From: a virus
Lineage: Duplodnaviria; Caudoviricetes
Length of the DNA: 64,000 bases
Strand: one strand, 5' to 3'
IMG/VR virus record: IMGVR_UViG_3300043395_002393
Location: 459 to 64,458 of that record
Shown here: positions 26,537 to 36,030 of the stretch, piece by piece
Position numbering within the stretch: position 1 is the stretch's first letter
How the letters are laid out: the number at the start of each line of letters is the position of its first letter
Program-made: the position numbers and the translations under genes
The notes under the pieces: model-generated
What the model was told of the DNA's origin: nothing
The model's input: only the letters and a program-made list of their open reading frames with translations
Databases searched by the model: none

Positions 26537-27646
26537 ATGCCTACCGTCAACATTCTGACCATCGGCGCCCGCGGCGTGGACATGCGGGCCAACCCTCTCG
26601 GGCTGGGGAATCAGAAGTTGCACTCCGCGGTCAACCTCGTCTTCGAGGAAGGTGTGATCCGCACGCGCCCGGGATTCGTCTACCACGATCTCGGCGTCTC
26701 CGGTCAGTTTCAGGGGGTCTGCGCGTACGCTCCGGCGATGGGGCTCTCCGCGGAGGCTTTCGGCCCGCCGCTCTCCTGCTTGGCGATCGCCGCGGCCGGC
26801 CGAATCTTCGTCGTGGACACCACCGGGGGCGAGATCGGTTGCGTTCCGCAAGACATCACCCCGGACGACGCCGAGCTGCGATGCCGCGGCGAGATCAACC
26901 TATTCCAAGCCGAGAACTATTTGATCGCCCAGGGCGCGTCGGCGAACACCTTGTGGTGGGCTGGGGAAGGCCGCATGGCCCGCAGTCCCGGTTTGGCCGA
27001 TGAGAGCTACTGGGAAGATCCCGAGCCGCCGAAAGTCGAATACAGCTTCGTGCCGCCGGAAGCCGAGAACCCCGGCTGCGACACCTTCCCTTGCTACGTC
27101 CCTGGGGGCAACAACGGATCGAACTCCGGCGGCGCGTTCCCGCCGACGCTCCCTGGAGGGAGCGACAATGGAGGCGGCAGCGGAGGTGGTGGAGGCGGGG
27201 GGTCTTCCAGCAGCTCTTCGTCTTCGAGCAGTTCGTCTTCATCCTCATCTTCGAGCAGCTCGTCTTCATCGAGCAGCTCGTCGCGGTCGTCCAGCAGCGG
27301 CAGCGCATCCTCGTCGAGCAGCGCGTCGAGCAGCAGTGGTAGCGTGTCATCCTCTAGCAGCGCATCGGTCAGTGGCGCTTGCAGCTACACTTGGGAGGTG
27401 GTCACCGGGATCATCTACACCCCACCTTGGGCGGGTGGATACTTGGACATCGAGTTCACCAACACCGGCACGGTTCCGATCCAGATCACCGGAGCGTCCG
27501 GCGTGGTCACGCTCGACATCTTCGGAGGGCCGATCACGGTCAACCCAGGCGCTACGGTCACGTTCTCGGTGGGCTCCTACACGGACGACATGGCGGGTCA
27601 CGGCTTTACAATCCACACGACCTGTGGTGACTTCGGCATTGCCTGA
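26537..27646 (+). CDS. Tail nozzle-like N-terminal fragment fused to a Gly/poly-Ser tract and small Ig-like domain, 369 aa
   Basis: N-terminal GVD..AVNLVFEEGVIRTRPG typical of the start of P22 gp10/T7 gp12-type proteins; 27 consecutive Ser; C-terminal TNTGTVPIQI..VNPGAT. Confidence 0.65.
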   Translation: MPTVNILTIGARGVDMRANPLGLGNQKLHSAVNLVFEEGVIRTRPGFVYHDLGVSGQFQGVCAYAPAMGLSAEAFGPPLSCLAIAAAGRIFVVDTTGGEIGCVPQDITPDDAELRCRGEINLFQAENYLIAQGASANTLWWAGEGRMARSPGLADESYWEDPEPPKVEYSFVPPEAENPGCDTFPCYVPGGNNGSNSGGAFPPTLPGGSDNGGGSGGGGGGGSSSSSSSSSSSSSSSSSSSSSSSSSSSRSSSSGSASSSSSASSSSGSVSSSSSASVSGACSYTWEVVTGIIYTPPWAGGYLDIEFTNTGTVPIQITGASGVVTLDIFGGPITVNPGATVTFSVGSYTDDMAGHGFTIHTTCGDFGIA

Positions 27647-27652
27647 CGCGCC

Positions 27653-28381
27653 ATGATCGACCTGCGAAATTTCTTCGGCCGAGCCTACGTTCTCAATCTC
27701 GACATCCGACCCGACCGCTGGGTTCAGTTCCAAGAGAGAGCTGCGGCAGCCGGCATCACCGGCTTTGAGCGGTATCGAGCCATCGAAGGAGACAAGTGCC
27801 CGCACCCGGCGTGGTGGCGTGCCGGCAACGGGGCCTGGGGCTGCTTGATGAGCCACCTTCGAGTGGCGCAGGACGCCCTCATGGACGGACTACCGAGCTA
27901 CCTCGTGTTCGAGGACGACGCGGTGTTCGCGCCGGACTTCGCCGATCGCCTGCCGGAAATCATGGAGCGCCTCGACGGGGTCGAGTGGGACCAACTCTAC
28001 CTCGGCGGCCAACACCTCTGGGTCGAGGCTGGCCCTCCGTGGCCATTCCGCAAGGGTCTCGTGAGCTGCCGAAACGTGAACCGCACCCACGCCTTCGCGG
28101 TCAACGCGAGGTTCATGGTGAAGTTCTCGCAACACATCATGCACGCCCCGGACTACATCGCCGCGCACGTACCGCCGGTGGAGCCGGACGCCGGCGGGTC
28201 CGGTGCGGTCCAAGAGTGGTTCCCGCACATCGACCACCAACTCGGGAGGCTGCACGAGACGCGGCAGTTCAAGATCCTCGCCGCGAACCCGTGGCTTTGT
28301 GGGCAGGCGGCCAGCAGCTCCAACATCACGGGAACCGTGAAGGACGAGGAGTGGTGGAACTCAACTGGATGGGGGGAATAG
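27653..28381 (+). CDS. Glycosyltransferase, GT25-like
   Basis: YVLNLDIRPDRW, RAIEG, GAWGCLMSH, VFEDD, LYLGG, THAFAVN motifs. Confidence 0.85.
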   Translation: MIDLRNFFGRAYVLNLDIRPDRWVQFQERAAAAGITGFERYRAIEGDKCPHPAWWRAGNGAWGCLMSHLRVAQDALMDGLPSYLVFEDDAVFAPDFADRLPEIMERLDGVEWDQLYLGGQHLWVEAGPPWPFRKGLVSCRNVNRTHAFAVNARFMVKFSQHIMHAPDYIAAHVPPVEPDAGGSGAVQEWFPHIDHQLGRLHETRQFKILAANPWLCGQAASSSNITGTVKDEEWWNSTGWGE

Positions 28382-29668
28382 ATGCACACGAGCGTGATTG
28401 ATTTTCTGAAACGGGTGCTCACGAAGGAGCGTGTCGGCGGGGCTCGGGTTCTCGAAGTCGGGGCGTTCAACGTCAACGGCAGCCCTCGCGACTTGGTTGA
28501 AGAACTCAGTCCTCGCATCTACGTCGGAGTGGATATGGCTCCGCAGCCTCGGTTTGTTGATCTGGTCCTGAATGCGGAGAACCTGACGGCGCACTTTGGG
28601 TTGGCAGCCTTCGACGTGGTGATCTGCACCGAGATGATGGAGCACGTCGAGAACTGGAAATCCGTCTCGGACGAGTTGAAGAACGTGCTGGCTCCAGGAG
28701 GGCTGCTCATCGTGACCACGCGTTCCGAAGGGTTTCCTGTTCACGGCTACCCGTCGGATCATTGGAGGTACACCACCGAGGATCTAGGAGCGATGTTCGG
28801 GGAGTTTCGCCCGATCTACCTCGGAGACGATCCCGATCCGTTGTCTCCTGGGGTGTTTTTTGCAGGGGTGAAGCCTCCTGAAGCGCCCCTGAAACTGGCG
28901 AACCCCACGACTGTTGAGGTGCCCTATCACTGCGATCTAGCGTTTCACGAGCGGTTGAGACTCCGGCAAACCGATCCGAAGGAGGTCAGCCCTTTGCGCA
29001 CCTTCTACCACGTCGCGTGCATGGGGTCTTGGCGGCAGGTGTTCCGCGATCAAGTCGCTATTCTCGGCGACCTCGGCCTGCAACCGGAATGCCATGTTCT
29101 CGGCACTTCGGAGGATTTTGCCGAGGTCGTCGCGCAGTTCCCGGACGCGGTTCATCACGGTCAAAACTTCACCCTCTACGAAACGCCGACGCTCGAAGCG
29201 GCCCACAGATGGGCGATTGAGAACCCAACGGGCGCCGTTCTCTACCTGCACACCAAGGGGGTGAGCCAGCCCCAAGACGAGGGCAAGCAGGCGTGGAGGA
29301 TTCTCATGGAGGAGGCGCTGTTGCGGGATTGGGTGGGGGCTCTCCGCAGCTTGAGCCACTACGACATGGTGGGGCTGAACTGGATGGCCAATCAAGATTT
29401 CCCCCACTACTGCGGCAATTTCTGGATGGCTCGGAACGATTGGCTCGCCTCGCTGCCGTCACCACAGGATTACCGGGCAGCCGGTGGACCTTGGATTGCC
29501 GGAAACCCGTGGGAGCGGATGCACGCGGAGATGTGGCTGGGGTCGCGACCGTGGCATCACATGAGGTCGCTCCGGTTCCAAGGCGAAAGACTTTGGGAGC
29601 GTGATCGCGCTACGGAACTCTTGGACCCGGTCGGAAAAGAGAGATTCGAGAAGTTCATCCGAAGCTGA
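28382..29668 (+). CDS. SAM-dependent methyltransferase fused to an uncharacterised 'YLHTKG/GNFW' glycan-related domain
   Basis: VLEVG, VGVDM, FDVVICTEMMEH, HGYPSDHWR; second half YETPTL, YLHTKG, HYCGNFWMA, AEMWLG. Confidence 0.8.
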   Translation: MHTSVIDFLKRVLTKERVGGARVLEVGAFNVNGSPRDLVEELSPRIYVGVDMAPQPRFVDLVLNAENLTAHFGLAAFDVVICTEMMEHVENWKSVSDELKNVLAPGGLLIVTTRSEGFPVHGYPSDHWRYTTEDLGAMFGEFRPIYLGDDPDPLSPGVFFAGVKPPEAPLKLANPTTVEVPYHCDLAFHERLRLRQTDPKEVSPLRTFYHVACMGSWRQVFRDQVAILGDLGLQPECHVLGTSEDFAEVVAQFPDAVHHGQNFTLYETPTLEAAHRWAIENPTGAVLYLHTKGVSQPQDEGKQAWRILMEEALLRDWVGALRSLSHYDMVGLNWMANQDFPHYCGNFWMARNDWLASLPSPQDYRAAGGPWIAGNPWERMHAEMWLGSRPWHHMRSLRFQGERLWERDRATELLDPVGKERFEKFIRS

Positions 29669-29727
29669 TTTCCGCGTGGGACTTTTGCGCTTCCGAAGGC
29701 GTCTGAACCTGCTACCCTGTTGCCGCT

Positions 29728-31158
29728 GTGAACGACAACTTCCAAATCGGCGGAGGCGAGTCCGCGCAGAACGTGGTCGAGTCCACCCACGACACCTTCG
29801 ATTCTGCGAAGTTCTCGAACTGGCTCGCCAATGGCGCCGGGCTCGGAATCTACGCCCACGGGCGGGTCCACCAGCAGGTCGGCCGCCTAATCTACGTCGG
29901 CGACCTGATCCACAAGCGCGGGCACTCCAGCACCGAGGACATCCTGCTCATGGAGGAGCAGTGCACGCTGTCCCACAGCGATCCGCTGTCAGCGCCGAGT
30001 CGGCTTGGGCGGATGACCTGCATGGCGGTCCTGCCGACCATGAACACCGCCAACGGCGAGGGGGACTTGATCGCCTACTACGAGAACGGCGTGGTCGCCT
30101 TCAACACGTTCGAGGCCCCGCGGGAAACCCGGATCGACGGCAAAGGGACGATCGTCCAGAAGGGCTGGGACACGAAGCGCCTGGTCAACCATCTGCTCAA
30201 CCGCGTCAGCGCCGTGGGCCGATACGCCGTGGCGACCCTCACCCGGGACCACTTTTTCCGATCCGCCTTCGGCCTGCACTTCCTCAAAACCACGATCGGC
30301 GAAGGGAGCTTCAACACCGAGCAGACCAATCGGCTCTCCCAAGATGTCGATCCGATCCTCCAGAAGGACCTTCCGGTGCTGCTCCGCGGGGCCGCGACCG
30401 GTCACTGGTTGGAGGGTAACCGGATGCTGGCCACCACCGGGCTCCAAGCCGGGTCGCACACGGCGACCGCCGCCGGCCGCGGCATGGTGGTCTGGAACCA
30501 AGCGACCTCGTTCACCGATGACCGGACCCCGGTTCCCGCGTGGGAAGGTCTCTGGACCTTCGACAACGGCATCGCCGGGGCGCACTGGCTCGGGGACGCC
30601 ACGGCGATCCCTCGATCCGGCAGTTTCGGAGCCTTGGTGTCCGATCAATCCGGCAAGCTCTACTTCGCATCAATGAATCGCGATGCGTTGAAGGACTTCC
30701 GCGACGGGGAGCACATCCCCATCGAGTGGTCGTTGGAGACCGCTCGGTTCGCCTACGACGGGCTCCTGACCGTGAAATCGGTGCGCGAAGGCCGCTTGGA
30801 GGGGGTCTTCGGCGAGTCTTCCCAGCGGGTTCGGGTGCTGATCCGAACCGATGTCAACAGCGCGTGGAAGGTCTGGAAGGAGTTTGCCCCCTGCGACAAG
30901 GCGAAGATTGCAAACCAGAGCTACTTGATCTCGGAACCACTCGGTCAGCCGCCGGCGGGGTGCCGCGAGGCGACATGGTTCCAAGTCCGGGTCGAAGGGC
31001 TCGGCGCGGCGGAGATCCGGGGGATTGACCTTGATTTCAGCCCCGGAACCGTCAAATCTGGAAGGCACCAGTGCTCGGTGATCGGAGCACCGGAACGAGA
31101 TTTCTTCGAGATCAACTCTTCACCCGCCGCTTCCCGATGGACCTCCAGCTCCGACTGA
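29728..31158 (+). CDS. Tail nozzle/stabilisation protein, C-terminal part, 476 aa
   Basis: Beta-propeller-like YAHGR..YVGDL, LSQDVDP, WEGLWT, IEWSLETARF, WFQVRVEGLG; GTG start. Confidence 0.65.
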   Translation: MNDNFQIGGGESAQNVVESTHDTFDSAKFSNWLANGAGLGIYAHGRVHQQVGRLIYVGDLIHKRGHSSTEDILLMEEQCTLSHSDPLSAPSRLGRMTCMAVLPTMNTANGEGDLIAYYENGVVAFNTFEAPRETRIDGKGTIVQKGWDTKRLVNHLLNRVSAVGRYAVATLTRDHFFRSAFGLHFLKTTIGEGSFNTEQTNRLSQDVDPILQKDLPVLLRGAATGHWLEGNRMLATTGLQAGSHTATAAGRGMVVWNQATSFTDDRTPVPAWEGLWTFDNGIAGAHWLGDATAIPRSGSFGALVSDQSGKLYFASMNRDALKDFRDGEHIPIEWSLETARFAYDGLLTVKSVREGRLEGVFGESSQRVRVLIRTDVNSAWKVWKEFAPCDKAKIANQSYLISEPLGQPPAGCREATWFQVRVEGLGAAEIRGIDLDFSPGTVKSGRHQCSVIGAPERDFFEINSSPAASRWTSSSD

Positions 31159-31367
31159 AACAGCACGCTCCCGCCCTGAACCACTTCACGGCGGAGCAGC
31201 TCATCGACTTGGCCCGCAGCTTCACGGTCAAGCTCGATCCCGGCGTCGAGCTGGTCTACTTCGGTCAGACGGCGCCCTTCGACACCTCGAAACGCTGGCA
31301 GCCGACCGATGCCTACGGGGCTCCGGTGGGGCAGATGAAAACCTTCAACGGCACATCTTGGACATGA
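31137..31367 (+). CDS. Small tail-region protein, 76 aa
   Basis: Overlaps both neighbours; GC3-rich. Confidence 0.6.
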   Translation: MDLQLRLKQHAPALNHFTAEQLIDLARSFTVKLDPGVELVYFGQTAPFDTSKRWQPTDAYGAPVGQMKTFNGTSWT

Positions 31368-32362
31368 GCATCGGACTCGACCCCACGACGGTTGACCGGG
31401 CCGGGCCGATTCTGGCCGCGGCGAAGGGACTGCGCTGGCCGGAAGATCGACCGGAGGTGGTCGCCTACCTCAACAAGTACCGGAACCTCCTCTTCAACAG
31501 CTACGAGGACTTCAAGCTGTTCGGCAACGTCTTCCACTGCATCTGCGTCTCCACGTTTCGCGAGCGGTGCGCCACGGGCGCTTGCAACGATCCGGCGACC
31601 TATCAAGGCTTCACCCTGCCGGCGGATGTCGCCGCGGTCGAAGCCGTCTGGGACTCCGGCGAGCCAATGAAGATTCGCTCCCGCTGGCGCGAGGCGATGA
31701 CCGGTATCGGTCTGGTCGGCCCTCGTGTCGAGGTGCTGGAGATGGCCGAGCAGTTTTCCACCGAGCGCGACCCGAACTCGATCTGCGCCTTGAAGGTGTG
31801 GTGCGAGCGGGATGAGGACGCCGGGAAGCACGTCGTCATCGAGGTGATCGACGGCGACTGGAAAACCCGCAAGCTCGACTTCGAGCTGATCGCCGGCGGG
31901 TGGTCCACGGTCGAGGAGCGGGTTCGCGAGATTCGCAGCGTCGCCTTGCCGCTCGGCCGCACCGGCTCGATCACGCTGGCCCAGCAGGACGGTTACGAGC
32001 TGTCGATCTACGCCCCCGACGAGACGGTCCCGAGCTACCGCCGGTTCAAGATCGCGAGCACCTGCCCGGCCGGCGCGGTGAAGATTCAAGGCACCCGCCG
32101 CTTCCGGCCGGTCTACTTCGACTCGGACATCGTCGAGGTCGGGGATCAACTCGTGATTGAGTCCGCCGCCAGGTTCTTCAAGTACGGCGAGAACACCACC
32201 GAGGCCAACGAGATCCGCACCGCGGCCTACCACAAGAACGAGATGGTGGGCTACCTCAACGGTCTGATCTCGCGCCACCGCGGGCACGCGATCCAGGACC
32301 AGACCCCCTTCAAGGGGCGTCCTTTGCCCCGTCGATCCAAACACCTTCCCGGCTACCGATGA
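31364..32362 (+). CDS. Putative head-tail adaptor / tail tubular protein
   Basis: Position and size; Cys cluster HCIC..RCATGAC. Confidence 0.55.
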   Translation: MSIGLDPTTVDRAGPILAAAKGLRWPEDRPEVVAYLNKYRNLLFNSYEDFKLFGNVFHCICVSTFRERCATGACNDPATYQGFTLPADVAAVEAVWDSGEPMKIRSRWREAMTGIGLVGPRVEVLEMAEQFSTERDPNSICALKVWCERDEDAGKHVVIEVIDGDWKTRKLDFELIAGGWSTVEERVREIRSVALPLGRTGSITLAQQDGYELSIYAPDETVPSYRRFKIASTCPAGAVKIQGTRRFRPVYFDSDIVEVGDQLVIESAARFFKYGENTTEANEIRTAAYHKNEMVGYLNGLISRHRGHAIQDQTPFKGRPLPRRSKHLPGYR

Positions 32363-32817
32363 CCCCGCTTCCCCAGTCCAAGCTCCGCAACATCGCCCCG
32401 CTGATCGAGGCGTTCATCCGCGAGTCCTCGTGCTCCGATCGCACTAGCGTGGAGCACTGCTTGGAGCGGTTGGCCCAAGGCTACCTGTGCCAGAACATGG
32501 ACGCCTACGTGGACGACCCGGACGCGCCCCGCAAGGTCATCATCTTCGGCCGCTATCCGGGCCTCGCGGTGAAGGAGGAGCTGATCTGCATCAACTTCGT
32601 CTACGCCGTCGAGGAGGACCGCCTCAAACCGGAGACGGTTGCCGCGTTTCGTGAAGTCATCGAGAAATACGCGGAAGCTCATCCGCGGGACTCGATCCTC
32701 GCGTCCTCGTGGGTGTATCGCGGATCTCGCGGTATCGACGCTTTCTGGCGGCACCTCGGCTTCGAGAAGCAGGAGGTCATCTACGTCAAACGACTCAAGG
32801 AGGTGAAGCATGGGTGA
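32359..32817 (+). CDS. GNAT-fold protein preceding the ejection proteins
   Basis: FVYAVEEDR..., DAFWRHLGF motif; position as in podoviruses. Confidence 0.6.
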   Translation: MTPLPQSKLRNIAPLIEAFIRESSCSDRTSVEHCLERLAQGYLCQNMDAYVDDPDAPRKVIIFGRYPGLAVKEELICINFVYAVEEDRLKPETVAAFREVIEKYAEAHPRDSILASSWVYRGSRGIDAFWRHLGFEKQEVIYVKRLKEVKHG

Positions 32818-33871
32818 CTATGGAGCAGCAGCCGCGGCGGTGACCTACGCGGCATCGAACGTGTTCTCGTGGGCGCAGGCGCTCTTGGTTCCTGGTGCGC
32901 AGGCCGCGGCCAACATTCTGCTCATGGAGAAGCAGAAGTCGGACTACGACAGCATCGTCAACCAGCAGCGCAACCTCTTGGACGCCGCGGTGTCCCAATA
33001 CATCTCCGGGATCGACGCGCTGATCCCGTTGTTCGATCAAGCCTACCCGGACGTTCCGCAGGCCGCCGAGTACGTGCCGATCGACGCCTGTTGCATCCAG
33101 CGGGCGACGATCGAGTGCAACATCGCCACCATGCCGAGGGCGGATGTCTACGCGGCGTCCCTGAGCCGCTACCACGAGCAGAGCGCCATCGTCCGAGCGA
33201 TCGTGTTCGACCCGAGGTTCTTGGTCAACATGGACCTCGCATCGGTCCAGATCAGCGACCTCCTGCGGGGGCGGTCCTCGGTCGGGGATGTGGTCGAGGT
33301 GATGACCGACAATGCCGAACTGGCCGCCCTTACCGGAAGGATCGGTGCCACTCGGCGCACTACGGCACGGGATCTCGGTCTCTCGAAGATGCGGGCGCAG
33401 GCGGCCGGCCGCGAGGAGCTGCGGACCCACCACGGGTTCATCTCGCGGGATGTCTCTCCGCTCTCGCGACTCGGCGACATCCGCGACATGGTGCAGACGC
33501 CGGCCCAGCGCATTGCGTTGGCGCTCACCCAGGCGCAGCTCATCCAGAACAGCCTCCAGAACCTCTACAACCAGCAGGCGCAAAAAGATCCACGTTTGCT
33601 GGCGGAACTTCAGACGAAAATTCAAAAAGTCATCACCAAGCTCCAGTTCCAAGCCAACAAGGCGACGCTGGTGAACACCTTCGTCCCGAATTACGCGGCG
33701 ATCTTGGAGCCCATGGTGAAGTCCGTGGCGCAAGCCATCGGCGATCCGATCGGTTCGGCTTCCGGCGTCGGGTTCTACGGTGAACCCGGTCAGCAGGTGG
33801 GTTACAATCAACCGGGTATCATCGGGACCCGCTCCGCCTCGGAGCGCCCAGGAATCCACTACGCCAAGTGA
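32810..33871 (+). CDS. Putative internal virion/ejection protein, 353 aa
   Basis: Q/A-rich helical; TTARDLGLS; SD GGAGG upstream. Confidence 0.65.
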   Translation: MGDYGAAAAAVTYAASNVFSWAQALLVPGAQAAANILLMEKQKSDYDSIVNQQRNLLDAAVSQYISGIDALIPLFDQAYPDVPQAAEYVPIDACCIQRATIECNIATMPRADVYAASLSRYHEQSAIVRAIVFDPRFLVNMDLASVQISDLLRGRSSVGDVVEVMTDNAELAALTGRIGATRRTTARDLGLSKMRAQAAGREELRTHHGFISRDVSPLSRLGDIRDMVQTPAQRIALALTQAQLIQNSLQNLYNQQAQKDPRLLAELQTKIQKVITKLQFQANKATLVNTFVPNYAAILEPMVKSVAQAIGDPIGSASGVGFYGEPGQQVGYNQPGIIGTRSASERPGIHYAK

Positions 33872-34719
33872 TCAAGCCCGTCGAAATCTTCTCGCAGGAC
33901 CCCGGACGAATCATGGATTTTTCCGGGGTCCCCGTCGCGGAGATTTTCAACGGCTCCGTGCTCGCCCGATCCCAAGCGATGGAACGGGAGGCTCCGGTCG
34001 AAGAGCCCGAGCCGTTGGCGAGCTTCACCCCGCAGACCTTGTTCAACCCGGATCGTGGGGCCGAGCTTTTCCAGATGCCACGGGAGTCCACAACCCCGGC
34101 GCCATCGGCCGGTCGATCCACGTCGCCGGGGAGCTACCCCTCCTTGGAGAACTACGACGCGCCGCTGTCTTCCCCGCCGGGGAGTCCCGAAGACTTCATC
34201 TTCAACGCGGAAGCTCGCCGGGACGCCCGCGGTCAGTTGCAGGTCTACACCCCGCCGGCCGGCGATGGTGGTGGATCTTTCGAGGTCGCCGGCATCACCG
34301 CTCGCTACCAACCGAAGGAGGCCGCCCGTCTCAAGGCGCTCATTGAGTCGGGACAGGTCCAGCAGGCGGAAGCCGAAGCCAAGGATTTCTACCGCCGCCG
34401 GGCGGCACCTTTCACGAGCCTGACGGACAACCCCGGTCTCCAGCTCCAGCTTGCCGACACGGTCCACCACCGCGGCGAAGGCGGGCTGCGGCGGGTGCTT
34501 CAACGGGCAACCGGATCGGACTCCAAGGACTACCGCGATCTGATCGGGATGCTCGCGAGTGATCCGACGGCGCTGGACAAGTTCAACCAAGCTCGGCAGT
34601 CCTACGAGTGGGAAGAGGTTGATCGCGGCAGGTCGTCGAGGAAAAAGTTTCGCAAAGGGCTCCAGAATCGGTTTAATCGTGCCGACGCGGCAGCCCGCAG
34701 TCTCATCACCGGAGAATAG
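33868..34719 (+). CDS. Virion-associated peptidoglycan hydrolase, GH108-like
   Basis: FNAEAR..PAGDGGGSFEVAGI, DTVHHRG, KFRKGLQNR resemble GH108 + PG_binding_3. Confidence 0.65.
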   Translation: MIKPVEIFSQDPGRIMDFSGVPVAEIFNGSVLARSQAMEREAPVEEPEPLASFTPQTLFNPDRGAELFQMPRESTTPAPSAGRSTSPGSYPSLENYDAPLSSPPGSPEDFIFNAEARRDARGQLQVYTPPAGDGGGSFEVAGITARYQPKEAARLKALIESGQVQQAEAEAKDFYRRRAAPFTSLTDNPGLQLQLADTVHHRGEGGLRRVLQRATGSDSKDYRDLIGMLASDPTALDKFNQARQSYEWEEVDRGRSSRKKFRKGLQNRFNRADAAARSLITGE

Positions 34720-34721
34720 CC

Positions 34722-35996
34722 ATGGCCCTCACCCCGATCTCACTTTTCCAGTCTCAAGGAAGCGGCATCGCCCAGTTCCTCCAGGGTGGGCAGAACGCGC
34801 TCGCGTCCGCGCTCAACAACGTGATCCAGGTGGGGCGCGATACCGCGAACAAGCAGTTCGCACAGGAGCGCGACTTCCTCGGCGAGCGGCAGCGGGTCGA
34901 GGCACTGGCGCAGCGGCGGGGCGAGGTGGCGCAGCAGCAGGCGAACCTCGATCGCAGTTTCGCCCGCGGCATTTTCGAGTCCGATCGCGAGTTCGCCGAC
35001 CGCAATGCCGACCAAGCGCGGCAGGAGCAGCGCCAGATGGCAATGGACCTGTTCAACGTGAACGAGTCCAACCGCAACTTCGCGCTGCGGCAAACCGAGG
35101 CGGAACGCATCGCCGAGGAACGTCGTCGGCAGGAAGAGTTCAATCAAGGCATCCTGTCTCAGCCGCCCGTCGGGGCTGCGGCGCCGCCGGCCCGCCCTGA
35201 ACTGTCCGCGGACTACCTCTTCGGTCCCATTCCGGGATCGCCCGCCCCCGCGCCGATGACCGGGACGACCGGTGGCGCGTCGGCCGGTTCCGCTGCGACG
35301 CCGGAGGCCCGCATTGCCAACGCGCAGAGCCGCATGCGGGCGGCCCAAGGGCGCGATCCGCAGGCGTTCATGGCGGCCGAAGCGGAATTGGCTGCGGCCC
35401 AAGCCGAACTGCGTCGTGCCGGCGGCGGGGTCACTCCGGCCGAGCAGCGGGCGCAAGCGCGGTTCCTCATGTCGGCTACCACGTTCCAGCAGGGTCAGAT
35501 GGACCGGGCGACCAAGGCCCAAGAGTCCGCGGCGAAGCAGGAGCGGGGCAAAGCGACTTCGCAGGCCCAGGTTCTCGTGGAAGCCAACGCCGATGCGTTC
35601 CCGCCGGCCGGCGCGTCCATCCCCAAGGACCTGCCGGAAGAGGAGCGCAAGGCCGCGATCGAGCAGGCGAAGGCGGCCGATGCAAACCGAGTCGCCGTCG
35701 AGATCCAAGCGGCGCTCGATTCTCCCACCTTCGAAGACTACCTCGCCAAGATGGTCCCTTCGGCCAAGAAGCAGGGCAACCAGTGGGTCCCCAAGACGGC
35801 CGACGAGATCAAGGCGGAAGCCGCCGCACTACCGAAGGCGGTGAAGGACGAGCGACGGAAGCTGTGGGACCTTGCCCGGCGAACGGGACTTGGCGACTCG
35901 GCGGCTCCGGCTCCGGCTCCGGCTCCGGCACCTCAGTCTGGTGTGACTTCGGAAATCGAGCGTCTGTGGGGAGCCCGGTCCAAACTCTCGGATTGA
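34722..35996 (+). CDS. Ejection protein, 424 aa
   Basis: Q/R/E/A-rich helical, no Cys. Confidence 0.65.
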   Translation: MALTPISLFQSQGSGIAQFLQGGQNALASALNNVIQVGRDTANKQFAQERDFLGERQRVEALAQRRGEVAQQQANLDRSFARGIFESDREFADRNADQARQEQRQMAMDLFNVNESNRNFALRQTEAERIAEERRRQEEFNQGILSQPPVGAAAPPARPELSADYLFGPIPGSPAPAPMTGTTGGASAGSAATPEARIANAQSRMRAAQGRDPQAFMAAEAELAAAQAELRRAGGGVTPAEQRAQARFLMSATTFQQGQMDRATKAQESAAKQERGKATSQAQVLVEANADAFPPAGASIPKDLPEEERKAAIEQAKAADANRVAVEIQAALDSPTFEDYLAKMVPSAKKQGNQWVPKTADEIKAEAAALPKAVKDERRKLWDLARRTGLGDSAAPAPAPAPAPQSGVTSEIERLWGARSKLSD

Positions 35997-36021
35997 TCCG
36001 CTGCCGGGCAGCGGGTAGAAG
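35993..36021 (+). promoter_or_regulatory. Putative promoter TTGATC-N17-TAGAAG with palindromic spacer, 9 nt before the giant gene
   Basis: Same GGGTAGA -10 context as 10240-10268. Confidence 0.4.
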
Positions 36022-36030
36022 GTCTTCGCC

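Noticed and set aside
27000-29730. Self-splicing intron or intein explaining the split nozzle
   Set aside because: No group I/II core, RT/maturase or HINT motifs were seen; the insert holds ordinary enzymes.
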